Positions 50,368-64,000 of a stretch of DNA of 64,000 nucleotides are shown piece after piece. Where the stretch lies: positions 95,615 through 159,614 of the forward strand of contig NW_005434642.1 of NCBI RefSeq assembly GCF_000315625.1, read 5' to 3'. Position numbers and translations under genes: made by a program. The notes below the pieces were generated by a model that saw nothing but the letters and a program-made list of their open reading frames with translations, was not told the DNA's origin and ran no database searches. Each line of letters starts with the position of its first letter. Within the stretch, counting starts at the first letter, position 1. Source of the DNA: Guillardia theta CCMP2712. Lineage: Eukaryota > Protista > Cryptophyta.

Positions 50368-51764
50368 TCAGTTAACTTTGCTCTTCTTGGCAACCTTGGC
50401 AATGATAGCATTTCCAACGAGCCTTTGAATCTTCTCATAGGTCAAGAACATGAGAGCAGATATCAAGGTACTGTGCCAAAGTTTGGTCTCCATGCCCCTG
50501 GAGGAGAAAGTGAGAAACTAGACATCCCCCGTGTAATGCTTGCCTGAAGAGGCCAGACTTCCCCTCATACTTGTAAATCTTTACAAGACAGTCCAAAGTC
50601 CCATTGTACTCGACGACCTGACCAGTCTGACTCGATGTTGATGTCTTTCCAAATCGCAAACGTGTCTGCGCCACTTGCAATGGGTAAGTTGTGATGGTTG
50701 CGACCCACTTGGCAAACGCGCCGAGGATGAACGCCTCTAGACTTGACAGACCCTAAGTGACAAAAGTCAAGGGAGCAAAGGCAGTTCGCTCTCAATTGCC
50801 TTCTTGCCAAGTTTCGATTTGCGATTGATCAGAAATCTCTTGATGGTTTCGTACACCGCAAACTGACACGGCAAGTCAGGCCAGGCAGCAACAGTTTGAG
50901 ACTGTTGCAAGAAGTTTGTTACCTGTATAGCTGGGTTACAGCATAGCAGGAGGCTGGATGAAACTCCGGCCCAAAGCTTAAACAAGCCTTCCTCGCGGCG
51001 AATTTTAATGATAGCATCAATCATGCCATTGTAGTGGTCAGCACTTGGCTTTGAGGAATCTTGAAGTTTAAGTCTTGCGTTGGCTACCCAAAGCGGCTGA
51101 ACAAAACACACATTGATTCCTCCAGCAATGGTTCCGATAGAAAGATTGATTACAGCTTGAGAAATCTTCAAGTTCTTCTTCAACATCTGAAAGAGCTTGC
51201 TCCTATTCAACAACAGCCGTAGCAGATGGAACGCATAGAAGTAGATAAAGTTAGCAGCAAAAAGAGTTATGAGTGTAGAGTTCAGGCCCCGGTACAAGCC
51301 AGACAGTCCTTCTTCTGCAATCACGTCGTGTAGCGCCCTATTCGAACAAAGTTGAGTCAGCTCAGCACAAAAGAGACAAGATCCTAAGATCCTTTCCAAT
51401 ACAAAGGGGTAGGACGCAAGGATACACAGGTAGTGGGAGTAGTACCTCCAGGTGCTCTTGAACTTCTTGTTCTTCTTGCCTTTCCCGGCAGCCTGGGCTC
51501 GAATGACAAGTTGGTCAAGGGGGTAGAATGCTGCGTAAACGCAGTCAGCTTCCACGACACCCTCAGCACGTGCAGATAACCCAGCATGGCGATGTTTCCT
51601 CCTATCGAACCGGAGATAGCATGGGAGAGAGCATCTGCAGAGAAGAGCTGGGATGTCTCTTGCCCTGCAGAATCTGCTAAATCTTCGATCTTAAGACCTC
51701 TTGAGACCGGCAGCCTTACAGACGCTGAATCTAGCTCCTCGTCTTCGATGTTGCTCTGTGCCAT
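50368..51764 (-). CDS. Mitochondrial-carrier-family protein, peroxisomal PMP34/PXN-like
   Basis: Three carrier repeats (FYPLDQL, VQPLWVANARLK, TYPLQVAQTRLR), EEGLSGLYRGL, SSLLLCCNPAIQFAVYE, GMETKLWHSTL. Confidence 0.85.
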
Positions 51765-52926
51765 GGCTTCCAACTACTGCACAAACTGATCCTGCAAGCG
51801 TCTTATCACGTTCAAGGACGACTATCCCGCACAATCTGGCTTTCCTTGCAATCGCTGATTTCGGAATCCTCGATGTATCACCAACAAGTCCAGGGCGAGA
51901 AGATCTTAGGGAGGCGCTATCAGGTTTGTCGAGACGTGTCTGAGCTCATTCATCATCCTCATCCTGCCCTCCTCGTCTTCTGCTCCCCTCGTCTCCTCCT
52001 CTCCGACACGTGCATTTCTTCCTCCGGTCACCACCTCCCATGGAGACGATTTACCCAGAAGCGTGTTATTTTAGCTGATATTTCATCTAATTTGCTACAG
52101 ACAACAGACAAATGAGCTAAAATAGCCCAAATCTATCTAAACCACCCCCTATCGATCGATAGACCCCTGATTTTCGTCTTTTCAAACCCCGGTGCCTAAC
52201 CTTCCCCCCTCCTACTAGTACTGAAAAACTTTTAGCTAATGTATTTCCTGGTACAGGACGCAGTTTTAAATCTATCATTTCAGGTTTTTTTTAGCAGCTG
52301 CACTTGTTTTAAGTAAACTTTATAAAGATTGTTTCCTCAAATGGCGAAAGCGTTGGCTTCAGTCTACCCCCTTCCCCCCTCCCTCCGCGTCTTCCTGACC
52401 CTCCGCCTTCTCCCCCTCTCTTGCCCCTGCCAGCACCATCACTGTCGCAAACAACATGCTATCCTCTCTGCACGCATTGGACACGTGACTTCTTTTACTG
52501 TTTCGTCCCTTTGCACCAGGCGTTTCCAGTTGTTTGCTCACCTGATCTCCTGCTTGCATACCAACCTGCTTCCTCTTTACCCTTCGAGCCCATCTGAATG
52601 ATGCCTATCTTTATCACCCATAGTAGTGCGATAACAGTCTTGCCATCTTCCATTGCGCTGTTGCGAATCATCATCATCTTTCAACACTTCGTTATCTCTG
52701 GTTTTACATCAACCATCTCCTGATCCCTTGTCAAGTCTTCACAGTCTGATGGTCTGCTATACAGTCAGGATGGTGAATCTGTAAAGTCCCGCATCTTTTG
52801 CCTGCGCCGTCTGCTGTGGATCTTGTCTCAGCGCGAGCATGTCGGTTCTGTTCGAAAGGTAATTTTGCAATCAGACGGTCCCTGTGCGAGACGCGCTCTT
52901 GCAGGAAGTTGGTCCCCACGGACCTG

Positions 52927-55469
52927 ATGACGTTTGCGGACGCGAACTTGATCCTTGTCTTTGGGTTCATCATCTTCTTCCTTTGGTTTCTCCGGCTGTT
53001 GAGGTGAGAACGCTGCCGCCGGTTGATCTGAGCTGAACCAAGAATGCTTCAGGATGCTGTTCCTCTTGCACAGGTTGAACATCTCAGTCAGCACAGGGCA
53101 GGTCGTAGATGAGGTTGGTTGGAGGAGGAACTGTCTGACGATCCTTGCACTCTTCAGGTCGTTCGTCTACAAACAACCTCCATGACATTCCAGGAGCGTG
53201 GGGGCCTGTTTGGTGAAATCCGCATGTTATGGAGAACGAACATGCAACAACAGGTGTGCAACTGCGATGATTTATCTGTAATTGCTGATCAATCGACATG
53301 ATGTATGATCTCACTCGTCGCTTTGATGTCTCTTGTCCTCCTATCATGAGTGCTGAACCCACGTGCAGTTGCTGCGAGCGAGGAGGATTTGTTCTCCTAT
53401 CGATGTGAATGAACTGGCCATCCCTTTCAGCGTCGAGAAGAGCAGCATCACGGTAAAGCTGTCGGCTCGTGGGCCGAATGTGAGAGCTGGTGCATGATGG
53501 AGCAGCAGATCAATGACGCGCTGAGTGGTGTGACGAGGGTGAACTTCAAGTATCTTGATAGCGCTGTTGAAGGAGCGAGGCTAACGGAGTGTACTAGGTA
53601 CATGGCGAGGGAGCGAGTTGGCATTCAGTTCTACTGGCACGTTTCTGCTGCTGCAGTTCAGGTTGTGGCGGTCAGAGGTTCCGTTGAGATGTAACTGGAT
53701 CGAACTCAGGATCTTGTATCAAGGTTTAACAATGAAAGGCTCGGTCCAGGAGGTGCTGTGACCTTCTCGTTCTCTTTTTCTGTGTTGACTGTTTCATGTA
53801 GAGAATGTTGTTACCCATGGGCGGAAGAAGAAGAGGATCTTTGGAAGGAGATACATATCAGGTCAACAAACCGTCTGCTCGTCATGAATTTCCCTTTGAT
53901 TTGGTTGATTTGGAATCCAGTCAATCAAGATAGAGAAACACACAGATCATTTGAATTTGAGGTGTGATTCTTCTCTTTGACATCATCGCCGTTGTGAGGT
54001 GCTTTCAGATGGAGAAGATAGACACGATGCATGGTTCAGAAACAATCGAGGTCGAGCCTAGGAATAACCAAGCCCCTCTGTTTACGGACAATCATTGCTG
54101 TGCGAGGTTCGCCGACCGAATGGATGAGCTGGGAGGGTGATTTGATCTATCTAGGTCCCGCGTGTTTATCACGGACAAGTGTTCCGAATGGACTGTGTTC
54201 GATTGCGAACAGGTTCGACATCCCTTTCAATTGTTCTGTTGGTTTGAAAATTCTCCAGGGCAATGTTCAGACGTCTGAATTGCAGCTCTGCCCGCATTCT
54301 CAGCACCCCGATGCTCAGGTTGTGTTGCGGACTTTCAGGGAGCCATTGCCGCCTCCTGATGTTGTTGTGGATAGGATGGGCAGGAAACCTCTCCCTCTCC
54401 CTCTGCTAATCGATCAAGTGCGTCCATCCTGTTGTTCCCGACGTTTCTCATGCTGTTGCAGGGGCTCGAAATGCTGCTGCAAACAATGAGGCCAGCTCGC
54501 ATGCAAACGAGGAAGGAGGAAACGGCGGAGACGCGACCTTCACCCTCCTGATCGCTGCAAAAGCACTCGGTGATGAGAGATTTTGGGTGCATTGGGAAAG
54601 GAAAGCGAGTGGTTTAAATGAGGCTTGTTGTTTCGAATGAGGGTAGGAATTGAGAGTATTCTGTCTTGATGCGAGTCAGTAGTGAGATTTTCTTTTTCTG
54701 GTCGGACCTTCTCTTGCTCTGTTCAATTTTCTGACAGATTCTTGTCTATTCAAGGTCTCGGTGAGGAGATGCATGAATCGGCCGCTCACAGGGGGCAGGG
54801 CAAAGATGCGGAGTCAGTGAATCTCGTCCTGGTAGTGTTGCAAGAATCAAAGGCAAGAAGTCACTTGTTTGACGTGATTTGAAGTGACGGTTGTTCGGTA
54901 GAATGCCAGTCAAGATGGCAGCAAGACTATGAATGTCATGAAGCAGATTATCTTGACCAACAAGGCAGCATACACCTCCCAAGAGATCTTTGGTTGCAGC
55001 GAGTCAGAAGATGACGGGCAGGAAGTAAGATGTCGTCTACTCGACATCTCTTGCTCTTGTCCCTTGTGATGAGGTTGATCAGGATTGCGTCATCTGCTTG
55101 AGCGAACCCAAGGACACAACTCTCCTTCCTTGTCGCCATCTCTGCGTGTGCCATAGCTGCTTCTCCCGCCTTGAGCTATGTCCTGTCTGCCGCTCGCCCT
55201 TCACCGGTCAGTTTCCATCTCTCCTCCTCCCACGTCCTGAATCTTTCCTCGCAGCTTATCTCCGACAAGTGAAGGAGGGGGAGGGGGAGGGTGAGGGTGA
55301 GGAGGAGGAGGAGAGGGTCGTCTGTGAAACAGCAGACGACAATGCCACGGAGCACGCGAGGGCCGACAATCGCGATGAGGCTCAACCCGCAGGTCCTCCC
55401 CATGCAGAGCCCTCGAGCGATACGAGTGGGGGATTGATCTTTCTGAACGAAATTTCTCCAGCAAGATGA
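52927..55469 (+). CDS. RING E3 ligase (MGRN1/LOG2/CGRRF1-like) with an N-terminal TM helix
   Basis: N-terminus [18 protein letters not shown]; [17 protein letters not shown]; [44 protein letters not shown]. Middle exons only partly resolved. Confidence 0.75.
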
Positions 55470-55646
55470 TCAGCACGGGAGAGGACGCGGGAGGTGGACT
55501 GTGAGCGCGGCGACTGGCAGTGATCGGGTGAGAGGCACGACGGCGGAGGTTAACAGCAAAGACTACGAGTCTGTCTTAAGGTACTCGGCTGAGTGAAAAC
55601 AAATCAAAGTCGTTGGATTCGTTTGCTTTCATTCAGACGTCTCCAC

Positions 55647-58165
55647 CTACACGAGCGTCTCTCCCGTCCTCTTGTCGTAGATCCTCGTCTCCCAATTCCT
55701 CTCCCAGTCCTCCGCCTCCTGCGCTCGCGTGTGGCGTCCCAGCCCCGCGTTAAACCCGGGGGCCGCCTTGACGATGGTGTCCTCGAACAGCTGCGAGGCC
55801 ACCGAGTTTGTGATCCCCGGCTGGCTGTTCTTAGCATCGCGCTGCCTGTGGCGACCGTCGGGGTAAAGGGCAGTCTGGTACTTGTTGTGGGGCATCAAGT
55901 GCCCGTTGGGGTCGTCATGGTCTGCTCGGATCTCTCCCTGGCTGTTGAGATGAACTTCGGGCTCCCAAGTGTTCTTGCCGGGGAAGAAAAGCTCCCTAGG
56001 TCTCCTCCTCCTCGGAGAGCCTCGTCCTTCTCCTGCTGGCTCGACATCTCAGTTGGCGCCGGCTGGTGTGGAAGCGCCTGGCTGTAGCAGCCCAGGCCAT
56101 CGCAGACTTTGACTTTTCGCCTGACAGCCTCAGTAGAAGAATCTGCGGCAACGGCAGCAGCAGGAGCTGACTTCTGATCATGCTCTGCTTCTGCAACCTT
56201 GCTGTCTGGTTCCTCCTGGACCACCTGATTCTCCTCCTCCTGATTCTCCTCCTCCTGATTTTCCTCCTCCTGATTGTCCTCCTCCTGATTGTCCTCCTCC
56301 TGATTGTCCTTCTCCTGATTGTCCTCCTTAGGGGTTTCCTGGCTTTCCTGCGCAGCCGATTCTTCAGGCTGAGAGGAGTTACTGTTCTCCTGTGCGAGCT
56401 TGCCCACTAGCGAGACTTTCAGCTTGACGATCTGCCTCTTGAGCTTGCGGATCTCTGCTTGTTCCTGCACGAGAGACTTTGAGCAAGAGCTTCTCATCAG
56501 CGACTTGTCTTACCTTAAGCTTCGCGATCTCCCCGTGAAGCCGCGAGATTTCATTCTTGAGCTCGTCCCCCTTGGATTCTGGTGCTGGTTCAACCGCAGC
56601 CGAAGACGTGGGAGTGATGAGACGTGCAGGAGACCTCTTAACCTGTCGTCAGAGATGTCAGCCCATGAGCCAACAACAAAGTCGGACAGCACCGGAGCCT
56701 GACTGTCTTCATACTGCTTCGCCATCTTGCGTATCATCTCAATGTTCACTGCTTTCCGCACCGCCTCCTTCGATTCAGCCTGAGGCTGTTGAACTTTCGC
56801 GATTTGCTGCTGCTGAAGAACTTGAAGTCAGCAAGGGAACATGAGGAAGAATAAAAGAGTCACCTTCGCATGTCGTTCAATGTTGGGCATATCGACAGCC
56901 TTTACCGGCTGTGTTCGAGTCTGTGAGCTCAACGATCAAACAAACATCAAGATGTTCAAAAATCTCAACTCACCACAACTGGTTGTTGCAATGGAACAGC
57001 TTTCGCCCACACCAGCGGGCTCGCGACCTGCTGCACAGCCTTGACCATCTCTTTGCTCAACGAAGGCTTCGAACGCTGCACGACTCGGGTGGCTGAAGCT
57101 GAGGCCGCTGTGGAGGGCGTCACCTCGTCTTGCTCTGGTTGCTGTAGAGCACGTGCTTTCGCTGTTTGCCTGCTCGACATGTGCGAGGCGCGGCTGCTCA
57201 TCGGTTTGATGTTCCGTGGCCTTGCCCTCTCCCTCTTCTGATGCCCCTTGGGAGCAACGGGCCAGTTCTCCTTCATGGCCTCCACAGCCCCACTGCCCAG
57301 CTCGTTGTAAGCTCGCTTCACCTGTCGTAATGCTCAGTCTCCCCTGGAAGCAAGCACAACTTGGCACGTACGTAGTCAGGCACGTTCTTCAAGTCTCCTG
57401 GGTTCGATGAGATCGAGTGATGGTATTCCGCAGGGACGCCCAACACGTCACTGCAACCCTCGTCACCTCAACACATCTCACTCCACAGCTCCTACCCGCT
57501 CACTCCAGCCTTGTTCCACACTCGCTCTTCATCCTTAAAAGGGTCATAGGCGGGCTTTACAGGCTTCTTCACGTCGTGTCGATGGAATGTCTTATAGCTG
57601 AGATGATCGATGTGCTGCTGGGTCTGCTTGTAGTTGTCCAACCCTTGGCTGAACACGTCATCGTACCTCTTCAGGTCCTCCAATGCGTTGGAGTCCGCGA
57701 CCCTCTCCAGCCCGACGTCTCGGTTGCTCAGCCGCTGCACTTGATCACTCGCATGCTTCACTTCCGATTTCATTGCGCTGATGTCATCTCCCTTGTAGTA
57801 TTTCTGAGGAGACGAAGGAGGTTGCTGGAACTTGACCTGTCTCTGCTCGCTTACTCTCCTTCGACCGAAGACGTCGCCACTTATCATGGCTGCGGATAAT
57901 CTCTGCAAAGTTCAACACAACGGTCAAAGTCAGGGGAGGAGAGGAGAGGAGGAGAGGAGAGGAGAGGAGAGGAGAGGAGAGGGCGCACAGGACAGGACAA
58001 GACAGGACGCGAGAGGAAGCATCTTACATTTCTTGCTGATGTGAATTCAGCTTCGTGCAGCAGAGTGACACTCTGAGCTCCCCCATAGTGCCAGACAACG
58101 AGCATGAGCGAGAGACAGACGGCAGAGACAGAGCTGAAGGCTATGAGGCTACGACGCAGCTCCAT
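55647..58165 (-). CDS. Hypothetical signal-anchor protein with coiled-coil and QEEDN repeats
   Basis: MELRRSLIAFSSVSAVCLSLMLVVWHYGG, then spliced hydrophilic exons ending RIYDKRTGETLV*. Confidence 0.6.
56224..56327 (-). repeat. Coding 15-bp tandem repeat (QEE[D/E]N)
   Basis: Repeated cctcctcctgatt[g/c/t]t units. Confidence 0.9.
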
Positions 58166-58909
58166 GGTCAACCTAGTTGGCGCAAGACTATGCTGCTCCT
58201 TCCTCTCTCCTTGTTCTTCTTCTCTCCTCCTCCTCCTCCTCTCTTCCTCGTCGCCTTCCAGCTGCCCTCTGCCTCCCCCGCTACGCAACAACCATGGCCA
58301 GGCGGCTCTTCGCCCGTCAGAAATGGGTATGAGGGCGATGAGCAAAATCACGATGAGCGGGGATGAGGGCAAACAAATGTGGGATGAGGGCAATGATGCA
58401 GCAGCATTTGGGGAGTCACGGGGGTACATCGAGTATGGGTGGGTATATGAAGGCCTTGAAAAACTCATATATAAGGGTGGGTACTTCACTGGAAGAAAGG
58501 GGGTAGTATTTTTGAGGTCGAAGAGATGCCTGGGGTGGGGTGCTATCTGTCGGGGTGCATGAGGGAGAAGGGTTGTAGTCCTGCTGTTGATATTTCCCGC
58601 CATGCCGCCTCACTGGAACAGGAACGGTAAGTGGATGTGGCATGGCGAAGAGAAAGAGATAGAAGCAAGGACTGATTGCTTGTGTCGAGTGATTGTTGTT
58701 ATGTATGGAGCCGTTGTCTGTTTGATGGTCTTACACGAACGTGATGCAGAGGATTTGAAATGCTGGGTCCCTGTTACGACTCATCATGAACTGATCTAAG
58801 AGCAGGATATCGAACTTCTCTTGGGACTCCAGGCACTTTATAGCCGATGTCGATGATATGAAGCTGCTGCAAGTCTAAGAAAAGTAGTTTGAGGCGCCTT
58901 TCAAGAGCC

Positions 58910-61900
58910 ATGAACGATTATCAAATCATGCAGGACATTGGCAAGTCCAAACACGCAATGGTTTACAAGGGCAGGAAGAAGAAGACGATACAATTCTATG
59001 CCCTCAAATGTGTCGACAAGTCGCAGAAACAAAAGATTATGCGCGAAGTTCGGTTTTTGCACAGGCTCCGAACTCCATATGCAGTGCAGTTTCATGAATG
59101 GTTTGAAACCGCAAACCATCTTTGGTTGATATTGGAGCTTTGTCCCGGAAATCGCCTGATAGACATGTTGCAAGTTGATCTGAAACTACCAGAGCTATCT
59201 GCAAATATGCTGGGCCTCAACCTCCTGGCTGCCTTGCAATTCTTGCACAGCAATGGAATCGTCTACAACAATTTGAAGCCTTCGACCATACTGTTGGATG
59301 CTCAGGGGCTGCTTAAGTTGTCTGACTTCAGTCTAGCAATGCACACCAACACGTACAATGACCCTCAGAGTGACGAGAGTCAACGTTGCAAACGTGGAAC
59401 ACCAACTTACATGGCTCCAGAACTCTTTCGCCCTGACGGTGTGTGTAGCTTTGCCTCCGACCTGTGGGCCTTGGGCTGCATCCTGTACGAGATGGTTTCT
59501 GGAAGGCCTCCGTACCTCAAGTCCAACTTCAAGGCTCTTGTAACCTCAGTCGTCACGGACTCGTATGTTCCGCTCCAGAACTTGTCGGAGGATTTCAACG
59601 ACCTGTGTGGCGCCCTGCTAGAAAAGAATGTGCTTGATCGAATATCTTGGGAGCAAGTTAGGACACATCCCTTTTGGGCCCAGGAGCTTCCTGAAGCGAA
59701 CATGCCAAATGAACCTGCATTTGAAGAATTCTGTGCCAAGGTACAGGAAGAGCAGGTCAAGGAGAGTGAGGATGCTGAAGTTGAGTCACCAAAGCGAGGT
59801 TCGCCTCGAACTCGTCATGAAGACAATTCTCTTCGCAAAAGTGGGATAGATATTGTCAGACTCTCTCAGGTCGTTGAGAACAACCGGGACAAGACATCTA
59901 ATGCGAGCATTTATCGCACAAAGCAAAGTGGGAACGAGGCGGTAGGGGAGTTCGAGCTGGGGCAAGATGAAGAAGTTGATTTCACTTCAGCAGCAGAAAA
60001 CAACAGCAAAGCACAGAGCAGGAAAAGTGCAAATGCAGAGACTGATGTGCAGGATGAAGCAGAAGAGAACTTTCAAAATGAAATCGAGGACGGTGATGAA
60101 GAATTTGCTGAACCAGTATCGGGAAAAGTTGCGTACAATATTGAGGCTGAAACCACTGACAGCGACATTTATGGAAATGTTGAAAACAAGGCTGTATCAA
60201 GACCTCTTAGCGCTCCAATGCCTGCAGATCCTGAGAAGAAAGCTCAGATAGCAGAAAGGCAAGATGCGACAGGGCGACCGATCACAGCCTTCGCTGCTGT
60301 ACAAGCTGAAAGTCAAGGACGCGCGGCTGGTCCATCGGTTGCTGAGTTGTTGTTTTTTCTTGGCGACCTGCAGGTTTTTCTCTTGAAGCCTTGATTTTAA
60401 GTTGAAGTCGTTGTTGCAATAGGTTCGTCCGATCATCGGTAACAAGAAGATCGAAAAGATGCCATTGCCCTCGTTCGACGAGAAATCCCTTTCTTTCGAG
60501 CCAATGGTTGTTTATCAAGTTCAGACTACCCAGTCTAACTCTGACATTATTAGAGCGATGAAGAAATTTGCTCCGTCGATGAAGAACAATTCGCAAAACA
60601 TCTTGCCGATATTCATCGTGCACTTGGTGACAAAACGCCTATATCATCCAAGGTATCCACTTGGCGATTGAAGCAGACTCTGAATCTTCTGGATAGGTAT
60701 CTGTTCTTGCGTACATCGAAAATCTGTCCAGCAATGCTGCCGTCTCGGATTCTGTCCTGAATTCTGTGAGAAGACTATCAGATTTATGTAGAATTGCTGA
60801 AGGAATCTACAACAGAACGTTGGACTTCTGCTCATCAGAATTTTAAGAGAATCAAAGTCAGCGCCACTCAGAGCAAAAGTTGCTCAGGCAAGAGATTTGA
60901 GGGGAATGCATCTGTGCTGCAAACTCACTGTGAGTTGTTGCAGACTGTGGGCGTCCTCGTAAGATCTGCCTCCTTCATATCTCCTGAACTGCAACAAGCT
61001 GGAGCAATTGCTGCACTCACTGCAGGTATTTATCTTTGTTCCCAGGGACCCTACCTGATTTAATCTGTTGATCCTTAGGTGTTCGGGATCGGGAGGCAAA
61101 GGTTCGAAGGCGTGCAATGGCTGCATTTGGGGAGCTACTGTACTATATAGTATCTCAGGCCGAAACCAACGAGGTTTGTGCTGCCTTCTTGGAGAAACTA
61201 TGCACTCGCTCAATTCTGAATCTACCAGGATGGAGTTGAGGGCCAGAGAGTGGACGAGGATGAAATCTGGAGCTTGCCCCCAGCTGCCCTACAGGTGACG
61301 CTAAGGAATCTTGAAGGTAGTTTCTGAAATATTATTGGCCAGGTTTTGGTGAGGGGGCTGCGGTCAGGAGAGGATGAGGTTGTTCAGCATTACGCTGCTC
61401 AGACCATTGACAATATATGCTCTCAAATCAATGAGAGGTACTGGAATTCAAGGTGAGATTGTCTTGGCTGAATGCTGTGCTCAGGGCTTCTGCGTTGAGG
61501 AGCGTAGAAGTTCTTTCTGCTCTCTTTTCCATCGTCTCATCTGCACAGGTCGAGTTTCATTCTTTTCTTTCGTATATGACGGGGAGGTGACAGGTTGAGG
61601 CGCTACGAGGGACTGCAGCTTCGGCCATGAGCAGGATTGTCAGACTAATGCCAACTCTGGCGTGCCAGATCATAGATAAGATCAGCTTTCAATCAGTGAT
61701 ACAGAGATTGAATGACGATAATGCGAAAGTGCAACAGGTGATATATCTGCATTGGAAGATTTTGAATTGAAGACTTGCGTTTTGAAGGGTTTCATCAACC
61801 TCTTGAATGTTGCTCTTGTTCAACCCAACCAGCGATTGCTCAAGTCCCTCAACGAGCAATCGACGATCATTAACTCGATCTTGACTTTGTTTGATAGCGC

Positions 61901-63444
61901 AACGACAACAGTTCGAGCAAAGGTTTGAAGTAACATTGATTTGCAGTACGGGACCATTGACTTGCTCGTTCCAGGCTGTCCTAACTGTTCGTCTCTTGGC
62001 CTCCATCTCCCCTCAATGGCTCTCAATGGCCTGTGACAAACGCCTCATGCCATCGATAGAAAAGATGATTCGAGACAAAGACGCCTATCTTCAAAGATGC
62101 ATCGAAGGACTCATAAGCGAAATCACCGAGATGATCCCGAACTTGGTGGCATCGATTTCTCAAGAGCTGAGCAAGACGGCCGGAACAAAGGGAGCGGCGG
62201 CGAAACCCATCAATCCGGGCGACGATTTGAAGCCTCCTCGAACACCGTTCTCTTATCTTCCCATCATCCTCCACGTCATCACGAGCCCCTCGCTCCGATC
62301 CATGGCGCTGAACCCGACAGTGATCAGAAATCTTGCCGAGTGCGTCTCCTCGTGCGAGGTTGCTCCCTTTCACGGGTGTGTGGAGTTTCGTCGGGTGCTC
62401 TACTTGGTCATTGAGGCTCTCTCCCAAAACGCTCTCGTCCTCCAGAATCATGAGGCTGTCACAGCGAACCTCCTTCCTGTTCTCGTCCAGACAGCGCTGA
62501 GGGAGGAAGACTCGACCAACTCGGGAGGCAGCACGAGGTACACATGCTTGAGAGCAACAGGAGACATGCTCGCTGCGCTCATGGCAGAAGTGAACATCTA
62601 CGATCCTGCGGCCCAAGCTGGTTCCGGGTCTCACAAGGAGGAGCACGCGGCTGCCATTACCAGGATCATCCACGAGCTCCTCGTTCGCTCCTTGTTCCCA
62701 AAGTTCTCGACGTTCTTGACGGACCGCGAACCCGTGCCTCAGTCTGCCATCAAGATCGCCAGGCTCGTCATGGAAAGGAATCCTGCCTTCGGGGTAGTGC
62801 TGGATCGGCTCGGGCTGGTGGAGAAATTCATCTCTTTCTGCAGTCCCAAGTCTCCTCACTTCTCCTTGAACTCCGTCTGCCTCGTGCGAGCGGTTGTGCA
62901 GTGCTACGACTCGGACATCCAGCTCCTCTACTCCTACGACATCGCTCCGCAAGTCGCCGTCCTCATAAGGCATGTGGTGGACGAGCGGAGCGAAGATGAT
63001 TTCTTCGAGCCTGCGGTGGACATGCTGAACTCGCTCCTCTATCACACAGTAACAGCCCTCCAAGACTCGTCCTCGGATGAGAACCAGGCCTTCTGGATCA
63101 ACAACGCAGAGCCCTTCCTCATCATCTGCGATTCGCTTGCCCTGCTCTGCAGGCCAGACTCATCCTACACTGCTGTGGAGGCAAGCTTTCAGAACAGCGA
63201 GGCAGCATCGCAGGCCCTCCTGCTGCTTGCCCACGTCTTCCCTGCGAAGGTCATTCAATCAGGTTATTGACCCTCGTCTGTCTTCTCCCCGCTGATCGCT
63301 GAGTGCAGAGGAGTCGGCCGAATGTCTGGCCGATGCCCTGCGGGCCGGGAACGCGACGACGAGGAAGCGAGTCATGAAGATGCTGATGTGGATCATCAAC
63401 AGCGGAGAGGCGAGGGAGCTGCAGGGGTACTTGTACGAGGTGAG

Positions 63445-63475
<31 letters not shown>

Positions 63476-63709
63476 AAGGGGAGGGGAGGGGAGGTCGCAC
63501 CTGAGAGCCCCAGATCACTTATGCTTCCTCAGATCACTTGTGCTGTCCGAGAGCTCAGGGATGAGCCGGGGGTGATAGGAGACTTGTCGAACGAGATCAT
63601 TGAGGCGTTCGAGAAGGTCATGGAGGGAGGAGAGGAGGAGTATGATGAGGAGGACGAGGACGAGGAGGACGAGGAGGACGGAGAAGAGGATGAGGATTTT
63701 CGTCGATAG
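58910..63709 (+). CDS. ULK4: ULK4/RUNKEL pseudokinase with a C-terminal HEAT/ARM region
   Basis: MNDY...VYKGRKKKTIQFYALKCVDKSQKQK..EV, FHEWFETANHLWLILELCPG, KRGTPTYMAPEL, FASDLWALGC; VRPIIGNKKIE; VRRRAMAAFGELLYYI; HYAAQTIDNI. Confidence 0.92.
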
Positions 63710-64000
63710 AGTGTACATATAGTAAAAGTTCATGACCCTACCCTCTTCATCCCAGCATATTACTGGGATATACCAGGGGTACATTGGTGGGCCGTCAAAC
63801 TTCCTGACCGCTCGTTGATACCCCCTTACTAACTTCCCTCCCCTCCCCTCCCCTCCCCTCCCTCCTCTCCTCCCTCCTCTTCCCCTCCCTCCCTCCCCCC
63901 CCTCCCTCCTCTTCCCCTCCCTCTCCTTCCTCTCCTCCCTCTTCCCCTCCCTCTCCTCCCTCCCCTCCCTCTTCCACTTAGGAGCATCTTGTGGCACTCC

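Noticed and set aside
62023-63063. 346-aa minus-strand ORF
   Set aside because: Antisense to the ULK4 HEAT-region exon.

Overview
Eukaryotic nuclear DNA, gene-dense, with many ~45-55 nt spliceosomal introns, plastid bipartite leaders and flagellar genes. The style fits a cryptophyte alga such as Guillardia theta (inference). About 20 protein genes are supported: RH47/ISE1-like DEAD-box helicase, dynein light chain p28, NADAR, a secreted Cys-rich protein, a TACC protein with a large Cys4 tandem repeat, a DUF5054/GH38-like hydrolase, a DmdB/AlkK-like acyl-CoA ligase, histone H2A with a 3' stem-loop, FKBP12, a laminin-IV protein ending KDDL, RPS15A, a kelch/coiled-coil protein, thioredoxin y, a PMP34-like carrier, a RING E3 and ULK4/RUNKEL, plus several hypotheticals. 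There is also a decayed piggyBac-like transposase between direct repeats, microsatellites and a 100-N gap. The best candidate for a new system is the gene at 26013-29206: TIR-like + SAM-like + 6 TM helices + RelA/SpoT-type nucleotidyltransferase. Two recurring intergenic motif vocabularies (CCGG islands, GGGTA clusters) mark gene starts. All domain calls are by motif recognition only and exon joins were assembled by eye; no searches were run.
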